A DNA stretch of 64,000 nt. It comes from an uncultured Chloroflexia bacterium. GTDB taxonomy: Bacteria; Chloroflexota; Limnocylindria; Limnocylindrales; CSP1-4. Below the pieces are notes generated by a model. That model ran no database searches. It worked only from the letters and a program-made list of their open reading frames with translations, and had not been told where the DNA came from. How positions within the stretch are numbered: the first letter of the stretch is position 1; each line of letters opens with the position of its first letter. The stretch spans positions 64,001 through 128,000 of the forward strand of contig CAVVNQ010000007.1 of NCBI GenBank assembly GCA_963749705.1. The letters run 5' to 3'. This document shows positions 27,978 to 37,632 of the stretch, piece by piece. The position numbers and the translations under genes are program-made.

Positions 27978-29756
27978 GTGGAGCCCGTCACGCTCGCCCT
28001 GTTCGTCGCCGGGCTCGTCGTGCTCGTCGCCGGGGCCGAGGCGCTGGTCCGGGGCGCGAGCCGCCTGGCGACCGTGCTGGGGGTCCGGCCGCTCGTCGTC
28101 GGGCTGACGGTGGTTGCGTTCGGGACCAGCGCGCCCGAGCTCGCCGTCGGCGTCGGGTCTGCGCTGTCCGGCCAGCCGGACATCGCCCTGGGCAACGTCG
28201 TGGGCAGCAACATCGCGAACATCCTGCTGGTGCTGGGGCTGGCCGCCGTGGTCGTCCCGGTCGCCACGGCGACGCGCATGGTCCGGCGCGAGGTCCCGTT
28301 CATGATCGCCGCCTCGCTGCTGTTGTGGCTGATCGCCCTGTCGGGCCGGATCGAGCGGATCGAGGGCGTGGTGCTGCTCGCCGGGATCGTGGCCTACACC
28401 GTGTACCTGGCCCGGACCAGCCGGGGCGCGAGCGTCGCGGTGCGTGCGGAGTTCGCGGCCGAGTTCGGCGTGGACGCCGGGCATCGGGGCCGGATCGTCG
28501 CCACCAGCGTCGGCCTCGGCGTCGCCGGGCTGGTCGGGCTGGTCGTGGGCGCGGCCTGGATCGTCGACGGCGCGGTCGCCCTGGCCACGACGCTGGGCAT
28601 CCCGGAGGTGATCGTCGGCCTCACGGTGGTGGCCGTGGGCACCTCGCTGCCGGAGATCGCGACATCCGTCGCCGCGGGGCTTCGCGGCCATCGCGACATC
28701 GCGGTCGGGAACGTCGTGGGCAGCTGCATCTTCAACATCCTGATGGTGCTCGGCGCGACGGCGCTGGTGTCACCGGATCCGATCTCCATCTCGCCGTCGC
28801 TCCTCGCCGTCGACCTGCCGCTGATGGTGGCGTCCGCGTTCGCCTGCCTCCCGATCCTGTATACCGGCCGGCTCGTCTCCCGGCGCGAGGGCCTGCTCCT
28901 GGTCGCGTTCTACATCGCCTACCTGGTGTACCTGGTGCTGCTCGCGGTGGGCGACCCGGCAGGCGCCGATGCCGGCCGGATCCTCGTGTTCGGCGCGATC
29001 CCGATCGCGGGCGCGGTGCTGGTCGTCGCCGCTCTGCGCGAGCGGGCGCGCGAGCGCGCGTCGGCAGCGACGATCCCGGGCGGCAGATTAGCCCGCGATG
29101 AGCAACCGGCGGAGCGACCGCGCGAGCCAGGCCTCGTAGGCATCGGCCGACCAGCCCAGGCCGCGCACCAGCTCCACGTACACGTCGGGGAGCGTCAGCG
29201 CATCGAGCGCCCCGATCGCGTCGTCGACCTCGAGACCTGGCCGCAACCCCGGCCCGATGGCCTCGACCAGCACCCGCATGCCCACACGCCGACGCTCGTA
29301 CGGCACGCGCTCTTCGGCGCGCAGGTCGAGGTCGGTCGATCTCGCCTCTCGATTGACCAGCACCACGTCCGCCCCGATCTCCCAGCGGATCCGGATCGAC
29401 CGCGCGAACGTGTCGAGCGCGGCACCGGGGTCGCCCGTGGTCGCGCCAGCCACCGCCGCCCGGAAGCGCTCGTCGGCCTCCGGCAGGGACACGATCGCGT
29501 CGCGCAGCTCCCGCAGGATCCCGGGCTTGGAGCCGAACACGGCATACACCGTCTGCACGGCGACCCCGGCCTCGTCGGCGATCGCCTGGAGCGTGGTCGC
29601 GCCGTAGCCATCGCGGACGAACAGCAGGCGCGCGGCCTCCACGATGCGGCGGCGCGTGACCGCGGCCTGCTCCGCGCGGAGGCTCGGTCTGGGTTTGACA
29701 GTCCCTGGCATGTCGCTATAGTACAGCTCTACTTGGTAGAGTCTAACTCTATCTAG
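27978..29756 (+). CDS. Calcium/sodium antiporter (YrbG/CaCA); transporter domain ends near 29100, ORF runs on antisense through TetR
   Basis: Alpha repeats GTSAPE/GNVVGSNIAN and GTSLPE/GNVVGSCIFN. Confidence 0.85.
   Translation: MEPVTLALFVAGLVVLVAGAEALVRGASRLATVLGVRPLVVGLTVVAFGTSAPELAVGVGSALSGQPDIALGNVVGSNIANILLVLGLAAVVVPVATATRMVRREVPFMIAASLLLWLIALSGRIERIEGVVLLAGIVAYTVYLARTSRGASVAVRAEFAAEFGVDAGHRGRIVATSVGLGVAGLVGLVVGAAWIVDGAVALATTLGIPEVIVGLTVVAVGTSLPEIATSVAAGLRGHRDIAVGNVVGSCIFNILMVLGATALVSPDPISISPSLLAVDLPLMVASAFACLPILYTGRLVSRREGLLLVAFYIAYLVYLVLLAVGDPAGADAGRILVFGAIPIAGAVLVVAALRERARERASAATIPGGRLARDEQPAERPREPGLVGIGRPAQAAHQLHVHVGERQRIERPDRVVDLETWPQPRPDGLDQHPHAHTPTLVRHALFGAQVEVGRSRLSIDQHHVRPDLPADPDRPRERVERGTGVARGRASHRRPEALVGLRQGHDRVAQLPQDPGLGAEHGIHRLHGDPGLVGDRLERGRAVAIADEQQARGLHDAAARDRGLLRAEARSGFDSPWHVAIVQLYLVESNSI
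29088..29711 (-). CDS. TetR/AcrR family regulator
   Basis: TRRRIVEAARLLF..GYGATT..IADEAGVAVQTVYAVFGSK. Confidence 0.92.
   Translation of the reverse strand: MPGTVKPRPSLRAEQAAVTRRRIVEAARLLFVRDGYGATTLQAIADEAGVAVQTVYAVFGSKPGILRELRDAIVSLPEADERFRAAVAGATTGDPGAALDTFARSIRIRWEIGADVVLVNREARSTDLDLRAEERVPYERRRVGMRVLVEAIGPGLRPGLEVDDAIGALDALTLPDVYVELVRGLGWSADAYEAWLARSLRRLLIAG
29717..29751. promoter_or_regulatory. Tandem TetR operator candidates (TAGAGT-N3-ACTCTA)
   Basis: Perfect copy at 29737-29751, degenerate copy TATAGT-ACA-GCTCTA at 29717-29731, in the AT-rich divergent promoter. Confidence 0.65.
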
Positions 29757-29787
29757 TGGACACCGACCCAGGAAGGGAGTCTGCCAG

Positions 29788-30273
29788 ATGCTCGACGCAC
29801 CCACCAGCCTTGACGTTGCCGGTCGGATGCACCGGCTGATCGAGGAGGGGTTCGCCAACAACGATCGCGCGATCATCGACGAGCTGATCGCCCCGGACTG
29901 TGTCGAGCACCAGCGGGGTCATGCGCAGGGTGTCTTGGGCGTCCACGAGTTCGTGGCCAGGCTCCACGGCTGGCTGTCCGATCTCGAGCTCCGGATCGAG
30001 GACCTGGCCGTCGTGGGCGACCGGGTCTGGCTGCGGATGCGGGTCGCGGGCACCAACACCGGGCCGGTCAACGGCCTCGCACCGACGGGCCAGCGGGTTT
30101 CGGTCGACGTGTTCGACCTGGCGAGGATCGAAGCGGGGCGTGTCGTGGAGCACTGGGGTGTCGCTGACCAGCTGGGAATGCTCCAGCAGCTGGGCTACGC
30201 CCCAGGCCGGTCCACGCCGGGTGGCACCGATGCGCCGGCCGGTCGTTTGCCAGGGGCAGCGGGGGGTGAGTGA
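29788..30273 (+). CDS. SnoaL-like ester cyclase family protein
   Basis: IEDLAVVGDRVW.R...GTNTG..APTGQRV...GRVVEHWG. Confidence 0.85.
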   Translation: MLDAPTSLDVAGRMHRLIEEGFANNDRAIIDELIAPDCVEHQRGHAQGVLGVHEFVARLHGWLSDLELRIEDLAVVGDRVWLRMRVAGTNTGPVNGLAPTGQRVSVDVFDLARIEAGRVVEHWGVADQLGMLQQLGYAPGRSTPGGTDAPAGRLPGAAGGE

Positions 30274-30274
30274 G

Positions 30275-31405
30275 ATGGGGTCGACGGTGACCGAGCGACA
30301 CGACGCTGTCGTCATCGGCGGGGGACAGGCGGGCCTCGCGACGTCGCATCACCTGACCGGAAGAGGCGTCGAGCACGTCGTCCTCGATGCCGGCGCCCGG
30401 GTCGGCGACGCCTGGCGCAGCCGCTGGGACTCGCTGCGGTTGTTCACCCCGGCAGGGATCGACGGGCTTCCCGGGATGCCGTTCCCGCTGGCAGCGGCGG
30501 ATCTGCCCACCAAGGATCAGATGGCCGACTACCTCGCCGAATACGCCGCCCGCAACCACGCGCCGATCGAGCATGGCGTGCGGGCCGAGAGCCTCGAGCG
30601 TTCCGGGGACCGGTTCACCATCAGGGCCGGCGACCGACGGTACGAGGCGAGCGAGGTCGTCGTGGCGACCGGGTTCCTGTCGGCGCCGTTCGTGCCGCCG
30701 TTCGGCGCCGGCCTCGATCCGGCCATCCGGCAGGTCCACAGTGCCGCGTACCTGAACCCGGGCTCGGTTCCGGGCGCCTCGGTGCTTGTTGTCGGTGGCG
30801 GCAACTCAGGCGTGGAGATCGCCCTCGAGCTTGCGCGGGCGGGTCGTCGGGTCAGCCTCGCCGGGACGAGCATGTTCCTGCCGCGCATCGCTCGCGTCGG
30901 GGGCGGCCGTCCGTTCTTCGCCTTCGCCCGACGGGTGCTCACGCTCGACACGCCGATCGGGCGCCGCATGGGGGCGCGGATGGGCGACCACGGCTCCGCC
31001 CCGGTGATCCGCGTCCGGCAGGCAGACCTGGACGGCGCCGGGGTCGTCCGCGTGGCGCGCGTTGCGGGGGTCCAGGATGGCCGGCCGGTCCTTGGCGACG
31101 GACGGAGCCTCGCGGTCGACTCGGTGGTCTGGTGCACGGGGTTCCGCCCCGCCTTCGACTGGATCCACCTGCCCGTGCTCGCGCCCGGGGGCCTGCCACG
31201 GCACGAGCGAGGCGTGGTCGCGAGCGAGCCCGGGCTGTCGTTCGTGGGGCTGCCGTTCCAGACCGGCTTCCTGTCGCCGCTGGTCGGCGGCGTCGGTGCC
31301 GACGCCGCAGAGATCGTGGACGGGATCGTCAGGCGCATGGCCGGCCGGAAGGCTCGAGCGTCCGCGCCGGGCGCGGCCACGGTCACTGAGGCGACGGCAG
31401 GCTAG
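30275..31405 (+). CDS. Flavin-containing monooxygenase-like NAD(P)/FAD oxidoreductase (CzcO-like)
   Basis: GGGQAG, WDSLRLFTP, VATG, HSAAY, GGGNSG, WCTGF. Confidence 0.88.
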   Translation: MGSTVTERHDAVVIGGGQAGLATSHHLTGRGVEHVVLDAGARVGDAWRSRWDSLRLFTPAGIDGLPGMPFPLAAADLPTKDQMADYLAEYAARNHAPIEHGVRAESLERSGDRFTIRAGDRRYEASEVVVATGFLSAPFVPPFGAGLDPAIRQVHSAAYLNPGSVPGASVLVVGGGNSGVEIALELARAGRRVSLAGTSMFLPRIARVGGGRPFFAFARRVLTLDTPIGRRMGARMGDHGSAPVIRVRQADLDGAGVVRVARVAGVQDGRPVLGDGRSLAVDSVVWCTGFRPAFDWIHLPVLAPGGLPRHERGVVASEPGLSFVGLPFQTGFLSPLVGGVGADAAEIVDGIVRRMAGRKARASAPGAATVTEATAG

Positions 31406-31498
31406 CTGCCGGGGCGCCCGGCCGGCGGGCGTGGATCGTCGTCGGTCGCGCTTGACCGCGTTCGAGGCCGTCCATTGACGGCCGTCTATGCTGGGTCG

Positions 31499-31960
31499 AT
31501 GAGCGATCCGGCCGACCTGTCGCGCGACGAGTGGGAGTCGCTGCTGCATGCCCCGATCTGCGTGTACCTGACCGTGGTCGCGACCGAGACGGAGGCGACG
31601 GAGGCGCAGTTCCGCTGCCTGCGTGAGGAGATCGCGGCGGCCGGGCAGGCATTTGCGGACGGCACCATCGGATGGACGCTGGCCGAGGCCGTGACCGCCA
31701 ACCTCGACGTGCTGTGGGCGGCGTACCAGAGCTCGGGTCGCCACCCGGGGCAGGACCTCAAGCGCGCCCGCAAGGTGCTGGACAAGGTGCCGGACGACGA
31801 GTCTGCCGCGGTCCGCGACTGGCTGGTCGTGCTGGCCATCCGCGTGGCGAAGGCGGACCGGACGGTCGGCGACCCGCCCGTCTCGCACGAGGAGCTGTCG
31901 GCGATCCGGGACGTCGCCGGCTGGCTCCGGCGGCCGATCCCGCCGCTCGACGAGGCCTGA
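31499..31960 (+). CDS. Hypothetical helical protein
   Basis: Good codon usage; C-terminal VAKADRT..VSHEELSAI pattern loosely reminiscent of TerB-like folds. Confidence 0.6.
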   Translation: MSDPADLSRDEWESLLHAPICVYLTVVATETEATEAQFRCLREEIAAAGQAFADGTIGWTLAEAVTANLDVLWAAYQSSGRHPGQDLKRARKVLDKVPDDESAAVRDWLVVLAIRVAKADRTVGDPPVSHEELSAIRDVAGWLRRPIPPLDEA

Positions 31961-31969
31961 CGAGCCGGC

Positions 31970-32542
31970 TCACGGCCGCTCGTGCCGATCATCCGTGGAC
32001 GCGGGTGCCACGTACCCGCTGCCCTGGCTCGATCCCGGTGCGGAGAAGGGTCCTCGGTGTGGATCGCCATCGACGAACGCGCCGTCGCGCACGAGGCCGA
32101 TGATCCGAGGCACGCGCGAGCCGTTCGAGCCCGTCGCGGGATCCGGCAGCCAGAAGGCGAGCTCGGCGGGTGCGCCCGCCTCGAGGATCTCGTCGGACCG
32201 GAGCTGGCCGGACCCGACCAGCACCGCGACCAGGTCGATCACGCCCCGTCGCTCAGGCGCGAGCACGTTCGCGGCAGCCCCGACGGCCGACCGTACGGCC
32301 GCCTCGGCGGCATCGGGATCACGGGGTGCGGCGGTGACCGCGCAGCCCGCGAGGTCGAGGAACGTGGAGTCGCCACGCGAGATCGCCCGAACCAGGTCAT
32401 CCGCCCCGACCGCGAGGATGCGGTCGGCCGCCCACGCGACCGCGGTCGCGACCGGCTCGCTGGTGGTGGCGGGCTCGCCCACCGGCGCGGCCGCCGTGCC
32501 GAGGACCGAGCCGCCGACGGCGATGACGTATTCGTGGGTCAT
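31970..32542 (-). CDS. Amidohydrolase beta-sandwich-only protein (no catalytic barrel)
   Basis: AVAWAADRILAVG..LDLAGCAVT joined by a short linker to LEAGAPAELAFW..IIGLVRDG; no HxH. Confidence 0.5.
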   Translation of the reverse strand: MTHEYVIAVGGSVLGTAAAPVGEPATTSEPVATAVAWAADRILAVGADDLVRAISRGDSTFLDLAGCAVTAAPRDPDAAEAAVRSAVGAAANVLAPERRGVIDLVAVLVGSGQLRSDEILEAGAPAELAFWLPDPATGSNGSRVPRIIGLVRDGAFVDGDPHRGPFSAPGSSQGSGYVAPASTDDRHERP

Positions 32543-32671
32543 CGGGTCATCATCCTGGCCCCAGCCTACCCGGGTGGGTGGACTCGCGATGGCCGCAGGG
32601 CGACCAGGGCGGGACCCAGCCCGGCGCGCACCGGGGTGACCGCAGCCCCGCCACTGGTGCATGATCGGCCG

Positions 32672-33331
32672 GTGGACTCCCAGCCGCTGCGGGTGATCAT
32701 CGCCGAGGACTCCGTCCTGATCCGCGAGGGTCTGGCCCGGCTGATCATCAATTCCGGGGGCGAGGTCGTCGCCAAGGTGGGCGACGGACCGTCGTTCGTC
32801 GACGCCGTGGTCGAGCACCGGCCGGATGTCTCGGTGGTCGACGTGCGGATGCCGCCGACCCAGCGCGACGAGGGCCTGCGCGCCGCGATCGAGGCCCGCC
32901 GCAGGATCCCCGGCACGCCGGTGCTCGTGCTCAGCCAGTACGTCGAGCACCAGTACGCGACCGAGCTGCTCGCCGACCGGGCCGGCGGCGTCGGCTACCT
33001 GCTCAAGGACCGTGTCGCCGACATCCGCGAGTTCATGGACGCGCTGCGCCGCGTGGCCCGCGGCGGCACCGCGCTCGATCCCGAGGTCGTCGCGCAGCTG
33101 ATGATCCCGCGCCATTCGGACGACCGGCTCAACTCGCTCACGCCACGGGAGCGCGAGGTGCTGGCGGCGATGGCCGAGGGACGGACGAACATGGGCGTCG
33201 CCACGCTGCTGGGGATCTCCGAGGGCGCCACCGAGAAGCACATCAGCAACATCTTCGGCAAGCTCGAGCTGCCGGACACGGAGAACGACCACCGCCGCGT
33301 GCTGGCGGTGCTGACCTACCTGGGCTCGTAG
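32672..33331 (+). CDS. NarL/LuxR response regulator
   Basis: IAEDS, VVDVRMPP, LSQY, YLLKDRV, LTPREREVL. Confidence 0.93.
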   Translation: MDSQPLRVIIAEDSVLIREGLARLIINSGGEVVAKVGDGPSFVDAVVEHRPDVSVVDVRMPPTQRDEGLRAAIEARRRIPGTPVLVLSQYVEHQYATELLADRAGGVGYLLKDRVADIREFMDALRRVARGGTALDPEVVAQLMIPRHSDDRLNSLTPREREVLAAMAEGRTNMGVATLLGISEGATEKHISNIFGKLELPDTENDHRRVLAVLTYLGS

Positions 33332-33410
33332 CCGTACGCCCGACGCCCGGCGCAGGCCAGGGTCCCGCTCCGCCGACCGAGCGGGGTACCGATCCCCGGC
33401 GGCAGGGACG

Positions 33411-34799
33411 CTAGCCCGGGTTCCAGCCCGGGATCGCCGGCGGCGGGGGCGGTGGCGGCATGACGGAGACCGGCAGCTCCGCGTGGACCACGGTCGGCCC
33501 GCCCGCCGGGCTGTCGACGGTCAGCGTGCCGTCCAGCGCCTCGACCCGGCCGGCCAGCCCGGCCAGCCCGCCGCCGGGGACGATCCGGGCGCCGCCGGCG
33601 CCGTCGTCCCACACCTCGATCACGAGGTTCGCGCCGTCCGGCCGGCAGCGGATCTCGCACCGGGTCGCCGTGGCGTGCTTGGCGACGTTGGCCAGCGACT
33701 CCGCGACCACGAAGTAGGCGGCCCGCTCGACGGCGTCCGGCAGCCGCGTGCCATCGGGGATCGTGCTCGAGACCGCGGTCTGCACGGGCGACCGGCCGGC
33801 GATCGCGCTCAACGCGGGCACCAGCCCTCGGTCGAGCAGGATCGCGGGCGCGATCCCGCGCACCAGGTCACGCAGCTCGGCCAGCGCCTGGCGCGCCTGG
33901 TCCTGGGCCTCGGCGACCAGCGTCCTTGCGGCCGCCGGATCCGTGTCGATCTTCTCGGCCGCGAGCCCCAGGTCGATCGTGAGCATCACCAGCCGCTGCT
34001 GAGCGCCATCGTGGAGGTCGCGCTCGATCCGGCGGAGCTCGCTCGCCTCGGTATCGATGACCGCGCGCCGGCTGGTCTCGAGGGTCGCCACCCGTCGGGC
34101 CAGCGCCTGCTCCTCGGACTCGCACACCAGGCCGGCGATGACCGCGCGGTGGAGCGCCATCAGGCCCTGGGTGACCGACGACGCGATGGCGAGCAGGACG
34201 AGCCCGGCCATGCCGCCGGCGACGGTAGCCGCGGCGGGGGGCAGGATTCCGCCGGCATCGGACGGGTGGCCCTGGATGAGGGCCGTCACCGGCAGCGACA
34301 GCAGCGCGAGCGATCCCGTCCACAGGATCGCGGCGGCGATGAACTCCATGACGGTCAGCGGGAACGCGACGACCACGTAGATGACGTCGCGCCACCGGGC
34401 CAGGTCGAGGAACACCGCGAACAGCAGGTCCCGGAGGCCGGTTCCGTATGGCCGGTACGCGTGGGGCCGGAGAGGTCTCGGATCGACCCGCATCGCGCGC
34501 CGGCGCTCGATCCTGGCGACCACCCGGCAGGCCTCGATCGCCAGGCCGATCAGCACGACGCCGACGCCCACCACGAGCAGCGAGACGCCGGCCGAGAACA
34601 GCGCAGCGACCAGCGAGATCGCGATCAGCTCCACCCAGAACCCCACGACGATCGCCATCAGGGCGCGCCACGTGGCCGGGTGGAGCGGGGACAGGACGAA
34701 CGTGGCAATGGCGCCACGCTGCCGCCCCGTGACCTGAGCGCCCAGGAGGGCGCTCAGGATCAGGAGCGTGCCGAGGACGAGGAGCGGGACTCCGATCAC
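33411..34799 (-). CDS. Membrane sensor histidine kinase (HisKA_3)
   Basis: ERDLHDGAQQRL, ESLANVAKH, DDGAGGA, GGGLAGL, SPAGGPT. Confidence 0.93.
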   Translation of the reverse strand: MIGVPLLVLGTLLILSALLGAQVTGRQRGAIATFVLSPLHPATWRALMAIVVGFWVELIAISLVAALFSAGVSLLVVGVGVVLIGLAIEACRVVARIERRRAMRVDPRPLRPHAYRPYGTGLRDLLFAVFLDLARWRDVIYVVVAFPLTVMEFIAAAILWTGSLALLSLPVTALIQGHPSDAGGILPPAAATVAGGMAGLVLLAIASSVTQGLMALHRAVIAGLVCESEEQALARRVATLETSRRAVIDTEASELRRIERDLHDGAQQRLVMLTIDLGLAAEKIDTDPAAARTLVAEAQDQARQALAELRDLVRGIAPAILLDRGLVPALSAIAGRSPVQTAVSSTIPDGTRLPDAVERAAYFVVAESLANVAKHATATRCEIRCRPDGANLVIEVWDDGAGGARIVPGGGLAGLAGRVEALDGTLTVDSPAGGPTVVHAELPVSVMPPPPPPPAIPGWNPG

Positions 34800-35341
34800 C
34801 GCGCCTCCGAGGCATTGCGCGTCGCGCGCACCAGCAGGACCGCGCCAAGGGCCACCAGCAGGGCGGGCCCGAGGTGGACGCTGGCGGCCCAGCCCGGGAT
34901 CACCGAGTCGGCCATGGCCAGCGCACCGAACACGATCAGCAGGATCCCGGCGTAGAACGCCGCGCCGGCACCGCGCCGGCGGGTCGGCTGGCCTGCGGGG
35001 TACGCCGCCCAGCCGGGGTTGCTGGTCCAGCCCTCGATCGGGCCGGGCTCACCCGGGGTCTCCGTCCCGTCGGCGGCGACACCGCCGGGAGCCGCGGGCC
35101 CGCCGGCCGAGCCGGCAGCATCGGCCGCCCCCGGACCACCGGGCGCCGCGACGAACGGCGCCTCGGGGATCACGAACGCGAAGATCACGTAGAGCAAGAT
35201 GGTGAAGCCGCCGAACAGGGCCGACAGGATCCACAGGATGCGGACCAGGGTCGGGTCGAGATCGAGGTACTCCGCCATGCCGGCGGCGACGCCTGCGATC
35301 TGACGATCGTAGCGGCTGCGATACAGACGACGGGTGTTCAC
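34796..35341 (-). CDS. PspC domain membrane protein
   Basis: RLYRSRYDRQIAGVAAGMAEYLDLDPTLVRI; C-terminal GILLIVFG..PALLVALG hairpin. Confidence 0.9.
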   Translation of the reverse strand: MNTRRLYRSRYDRQIAGVAAGMAEYLDLDPTLVRILWILSALFGGFTILLYVIFAFVIPEAPFVAAPGGPGAADAAGSAGGPAAPGGVAADGTETPGEPGPIEGWTSNPGWAAYPAGQPTRRRGAGAAFYAGILLIVFGALAMADSVIPGWAASVHLGPALLVALGAVLLVRATRNASEAR

Positions 35342-36300
35342 TTGCATCCTCCTTCGGGGTTGATGTCGATGGCGCCGAGGTTGGCCGAGACGGCCAGGTC
35401 GGCGTGGAACGGGGCGGTGGCGTAGCCCGGGCTCTGCCAGGCGCTGCCGTCTCGAATGAGCCCGCCGTGGTCGATCGAACCCAGTGACGCATCGCCATGG
35501 ATGCGCAGGGCCATGCCATCGGGAGCGCACACGCTGAGCTTGCCGGCATTGACCGAGAGGTCGCCGTTGAGATCGCCCGTGGCCGGGAGCTGGAGCCAGC
35601 CGGCGCCGGCGTTCACGTCGAGCGACACCCGGCCGACCGTCGCGCCGGTCAGGTCGGCGTGGGCCTCGGCGGCATTGATCGCGAGGTCGAAGCGGCCGAG
35701 CTGCGCGCCGGCGAGCTCGAAGCGTCCGCGGCCAGCGCTCACCTCGGCGTCGAGGTCCAGGCTGTGCGCGGTCGGCAGCGACACCATCCAGGTGTCCTTG
35801 CCGTGGGCGAAGCCGAATGAGCGTCGATGGCTTGCCGACGCGACCGACAGCCGGTCCGCGGTCGCGTTGACCGTCGGCTCGGCCGCGCCATCGCTCGTCT
35901 CCAGGTGCCATGCGTCGCCCGGCATCGCGGTGACCGTCAGGTCGCCGCAGGCGAGGTTGAGGCTCACCGTCGCGGGACCGCCGAACACGCCCTGCCGGGC
36001 GTGCGTGCCGTCCACGGTCGCGGCGCCGCAGTCGATCGAAACGCCGGGCGCCGCCACGACCATCCCACCGAGCAGAAGTCCCGGCATCGCAGCCGCGAGC
36101 ATGCCGCCCGGCAGCCCCAGGCGCGTGCCGCGGAGCAGCAGCGCGGCCCCGATCACGATGATCGCGACCGGCCACAGGGCCAGCGCCGCGGCGACCGCGT
36201 CGCGATCGAGCGCGTTGCCCTGCGCGAGCAGCATCACGGCCCCCGCCGTGACGAAGAAGATGCCCCAGTAGAGGGGCCGGCGATGGACCGCCATGGTCAT
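35338..36300 (-). CDS. LiaF/LiaG-like membrane protein (LiaI/LiaF-type TM + toast-rack/adhesin-like beta domain)
   Basis: LYWGIFFV..LWPVAIIVIG then repeated L.V.AG...L beta motifs; RBS GGAGG. Confidence 0.65.
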   Translation of the reverse strand: MTMAVHRRPLYWGIFFVTAGAVMLLAQGNALDRDAVAAALALWPVAIIVIGAALLLRGTRLGLPGGMLAAAMPGLLLGGMVVAAPGVSIDCGAATVDGTHARQGVFGGPATVSLNLACGDLTVTAMPGDAWHLETSDGAAEPTVNATADRLSVASASHRRSFGFAHGKDTWMVSLPTAHSLDLDAEVSAGRGRFELAGAQLGRFDLAINAAEAHADLTGATVGRVSLDVNAGAGWLQLPATGDLNGDLSVNAGKLSVCAPDGMALRIHGDASLGSIDHGGLIRDGSAWQSPGYATAPFHADLAVSANLGAIDINPEGGCK

Positions 36301-36410
36301 GTTCCTCCAGGTGTTGGGCCGGCCCGCGCTAGCGGTCCGAGGTGTTCCTGTTGATGACCAGAACGCTACGGACACCCGGGTTCCGGGACCAGCCGGGCAG
36401 CGGGCGTCTT

Positions 36411-36428
36411 CGGGGTGGGGCTAGCCCC
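36411..36428. promoter_or_regulatory. Candidate response-regulator box CGGGGTG-N5-AGCCCC
   Basis: Contains palindrome GGGGCTAGCCCC; the same frame recurs at 32632-32649 upstream of the RR gene. Confidence 0.45.
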
Positions 36429-36585
36429 CGTATGCCGGGCCACGCCGGCCGGGTGGGCACGGCGATCAGCCGTGGTCCGGACGCCGGCGGGCATACCATT
36501 GGGCTCCGGGCAGTGCCGGCCCGGGGCCGGCGCCATCACGCGCAGGGTCGGCTCGCCGGACCGCGCAGGCAGAGGAGAGATCGCC

Positions 36586-37608
36586 ATGCAAGTCGGGATC
36601 ATCGGCCTTGGCCGGATGGGCGCGAACATGTCGCGCCGCTGGATCCGCAACGGTCACCACGTGGTCGGCTACGCGCGGACCCGGAGCACGGTCGAGGGGC
36701 TGGTCTCGGATGGGGCGATCTCGGCGGGTGCAACCTCGATCGACGAGCTCGTCGGGCAGCTCCAGACGCCGCGCGTCGTGTGGTTGATGGTGCCGGCCGC
36801 ATCGGTCGATGACACCCTCGAGCAGCTGCGCTCGCAGCTCGCCTCGGGTGACGTCGTGGTCGACGGCGGCAACTCCTACTACGTCGATGACATCCGCCGC
36901 GCGAAGGCGCTCGCCGAGGACGGGATCGAGTACCTCGACTGCGGGACCAGCGGCGGCGTGTGGGGCCTCGAGCGCGGCTACTGCCTCATGATCGGGGGCC
37001 CCGACGACGCCGTCGACCGGCTCGATCCGCTGTTCCGCGCCCTGGCCCCGGGGGTCGACGCGGCCCCGCGGACACCGGGTCGTGACGGGGCGCCGGGCCG
37101 GGACGAGGAGGGGTACCTGCACTGCGGTCCGGCCGGCGCCGGGCACTTCGTGAAGATGGTCCACAACGGGATCGAGTACGGCGTGATGGCCGCCTACGCG
37201 GAGGGGATCAACATCCTCCGCCACGCGAACGTCGGCCTGCACCAGCGCGAGATCGACGCCGAGACCACGCCGCTCCGGGATCCCGAGCTGTACCAGTACG
37301 ACCTCGACCTGCCGGCGGTCACCGAGGTCTGGCGGCGTGGCAGCGTCATCGCCAGCTGGCTGCTCGACCTCACGGCGCAGGCATTCCACCAGTCGCCGCA
37401 GCTCGAGGACTTCAGCGGCCGGGTGAGCGACTCCGGCGAGGGTCGCTGGACCAGCATCGCCGCGATCGACGTGGCGGCGCCGTCGCCCGTCCTGACGGCC
37501 GCGCTGTACGAGCGGTTCAGCTCCCGCGGCGAGGCGGACTTCGGCGACAAGGTGCTGTCGGCGATGCGGTTCGGGTTCGGCGGCCACCTCGAGAAGCCCA
37601 AGGACTGA
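36586..37608 (+). CDS. gnd: 6-phosphogluconate dehydrogenase (decarboxylating, short form)
   Basis: GLGRMG, DGGNS, GTSGG, GAGHFVKMVHNGIEYG, DSGEGRWT, MRFGFGGH. Confidence 0.95.
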   Translation: MQVGIIGLGRMGANMSRRWIRNGHHVVGYARTRSTVEGLVSDGAISAGATSIDELVGQLQTPRVVWLMVPAASVDDTLEQLRSQLASGDVVVDGGNSYYVDDIRRAKALAEDGIEYLDCGTSGGVWGLERGYCLMIGGPDDAVDRLDPLFRALAPGVDAAPRTPGRDGAPGRDEEGYLHCGPAGAGHFVKMVHNGIEYGVMAAYAEGINILRHANVGLHQREIDAETTPLRDPELYQYDLDLPAVTEVWRRGSVIASWLLDLTAQAFHQSPQLEDFSGRVSDSGEGRWTSIAAIDVAAPSPVLTAALYERFSSRGEADFGDKVLSAMRFGFGGHLEKPKD

Positions 37609-37632
37609 AGCGCCAGCTGACCTGCGTCCACG

